From assembly GCA_965217775.1 (NCBI GenBank), contig CBDCJH010000002.1:4832001-4896000 (forward strand): 64,000 nucleotides of DNA, given 5' to 3'. Every line of letters begins with the position of its first letter. Position 1 is the stretch's first letter. The notes under the pieces are model-generated. The model was not told the origin of the DNA. It made no database searches and was given only the letters and a program-made list of their open reading frames with translations. Below, one piece after another: positions 63,061 through 64,000 of the stretch. The DNA comes from Acidobacteriota bacterium (GTDB lineage Bacteria > Acidobacteriota > UBA6911 > RPQK01 > JAJDTT01). A program made the translations under genes and the position numbers.

Positions 63061-64000
63061 TCAGATGACGGTCACTGCGTCTTCCAGGCTTTGGCGCATC
63101 GCTTCCGCCATCCGGGATTCCTGCCGGTACCGAATCGCCGCCGCGATGAAGCTCACGAAGAGCGGGTGGGGGCTCAGCGGCTTGGACTTGAATTCCGGAT
63201 GGAACTGGCAACCCAGAAACCAGGGGTGATTCTCCAACTCCACGATCTCGACGAAATTCCCGTCGGGAGAATTGCCGGATACCTGAAGCCCGTAGCTCAC
63301 CAGAATCTCCTCGTACTCTCGATTGAACTCGTAGCGGTGCCGGTGTCTTTCGGAGATCTCTCTATCCCCGTAGATTCGGCGCGCCAAAGAGCCCTTGTCC
63401 AGCAGACAGGGATAGGCCCCGAGCCTCATGGTGCCGCCCATGGCATCCACTCCCATCAAGTCTCGAAGCTTGTAGATGACCCGGTGTGGCACTGCGGGGT
63501 TGAACTCGGAGCTGTTGGCATCCAGGGAACAGACGTTACGAGCGAACTCGATCACGATGCACTGCATTCCGAGGCAGATTCCGAAACAGGGCATCCGGTG
63601 GACACGGGCATGCCGAATCGCCCGGATCATCCCCTCGATTCCGCGGATTCCGAAGCCGCCGGGAATCAGGATGGCGTCCAGCCCTTCCAGCCTCGATTCG
63701 TAGTCTTCCCCGGCCAGGCCCTCCGAATCGACCCAACGGAGCCGGACCCGGGTCCGAGCCGGAAGTCCGCCGTGGACCAGGGCCTCACTGAGGCTCTTGT
63801 AGGACTCTTCGTAGCCCACGTACTTGCCGATGATCCCTATGGTCACTTCCCCTTCGGGACCCCGGATCCTGTCCATGAGATCTTCCCAGGGACCCAGTTC
63901 GATGGAGCGCTCGGGCAGACGGAGGAGATCGGCAATGATGGCGTCCAAACCTTCCTTGCTATAGACCAAAGGGACTTCGTAGATGCATTCCACGTCCTTG
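63061..64000 (-). CDS. pyrG: CTP synthase, C-terminal part (5' end outside the window)
   Basis: 'PGGFG', 'GICLGMQ', 'GGTMRLG', 'ERHRHRYE', 'QFHPEFKS'. Confidence 0.97.
   Translation of the reverse strand, partial: KDVECIYEVPLVYSKEGLDAIIADLLRLPERSIELGPWEDLMDRIRGPEGEVTIGIIGKYVGYEESYKSLSEALVHGGLPARTRVRLRWVDSEGLAGEDYESRLEGLDAILIPGGFGIRGIEGMIRAIRHARVHRMPCFGICLGMQCIVIEFARNVCSLDANSSEFNPAVPHRVIYKLRDLMGVDAMGGTMRLGAYPCLLDKGSLARRIYGDREISERHRHRYEFNREYEEILVSYGLQVSGNSPDGNFVEIVELENHPWFLGCQFHPEFKSKPLSPHPLFVSFIAAAIRYRQESRMAEAMRQSLEDAVTVI

Overview
High-GC bacterial chromosomal window, most likely Acidobacteriota. The basis is inference from the uL14 'PLGG' loop, the RpoA N-terminal 'FQKP', the SecY loop insertion, and the planctomycete-type PSCyt/DUF1501 genes. 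From left to right: (1) an accessory edge around tRNA-Ala(CGC), with an ImmA/IrrE peptidase + DUF4411 PIN-like pair, an SRPBCC gene, and a hicBA islet bracketed by a 171-bp duplicate of the 3' end of a P1 peptidase gene; (2) rnpB and an LPS operon (waaA-lpxK-waaF-waaC-methyltransferase-DUF3108); (3) the str-S10-spc-alpha ribosomal supercluster, lacking infA; (4) catabolic and periplasmic genes: S9 peptidase, class III aminotransferase, phosphotriesterase-like protein, xth, two Gfo/Idh/MocA proteins, two tandem PSCyt-cytochrome/DUF1501 modules, and a PQQ dehydrogenase with a diheme cytochrome; (5) tRNA-Gly(CCC) and a TolC/MacAB-like exporter with three adaptor modules, interrupted by a secreted metallohydrolase gene flanked by two copies of a MITE-like element (a third copy lies between secY and adk); (6) kdsD-kdsA and the 3' part of pyrG. 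No CRISPR array, integrase or transposase was seen. All family calls come from motif recognition, not database searches.
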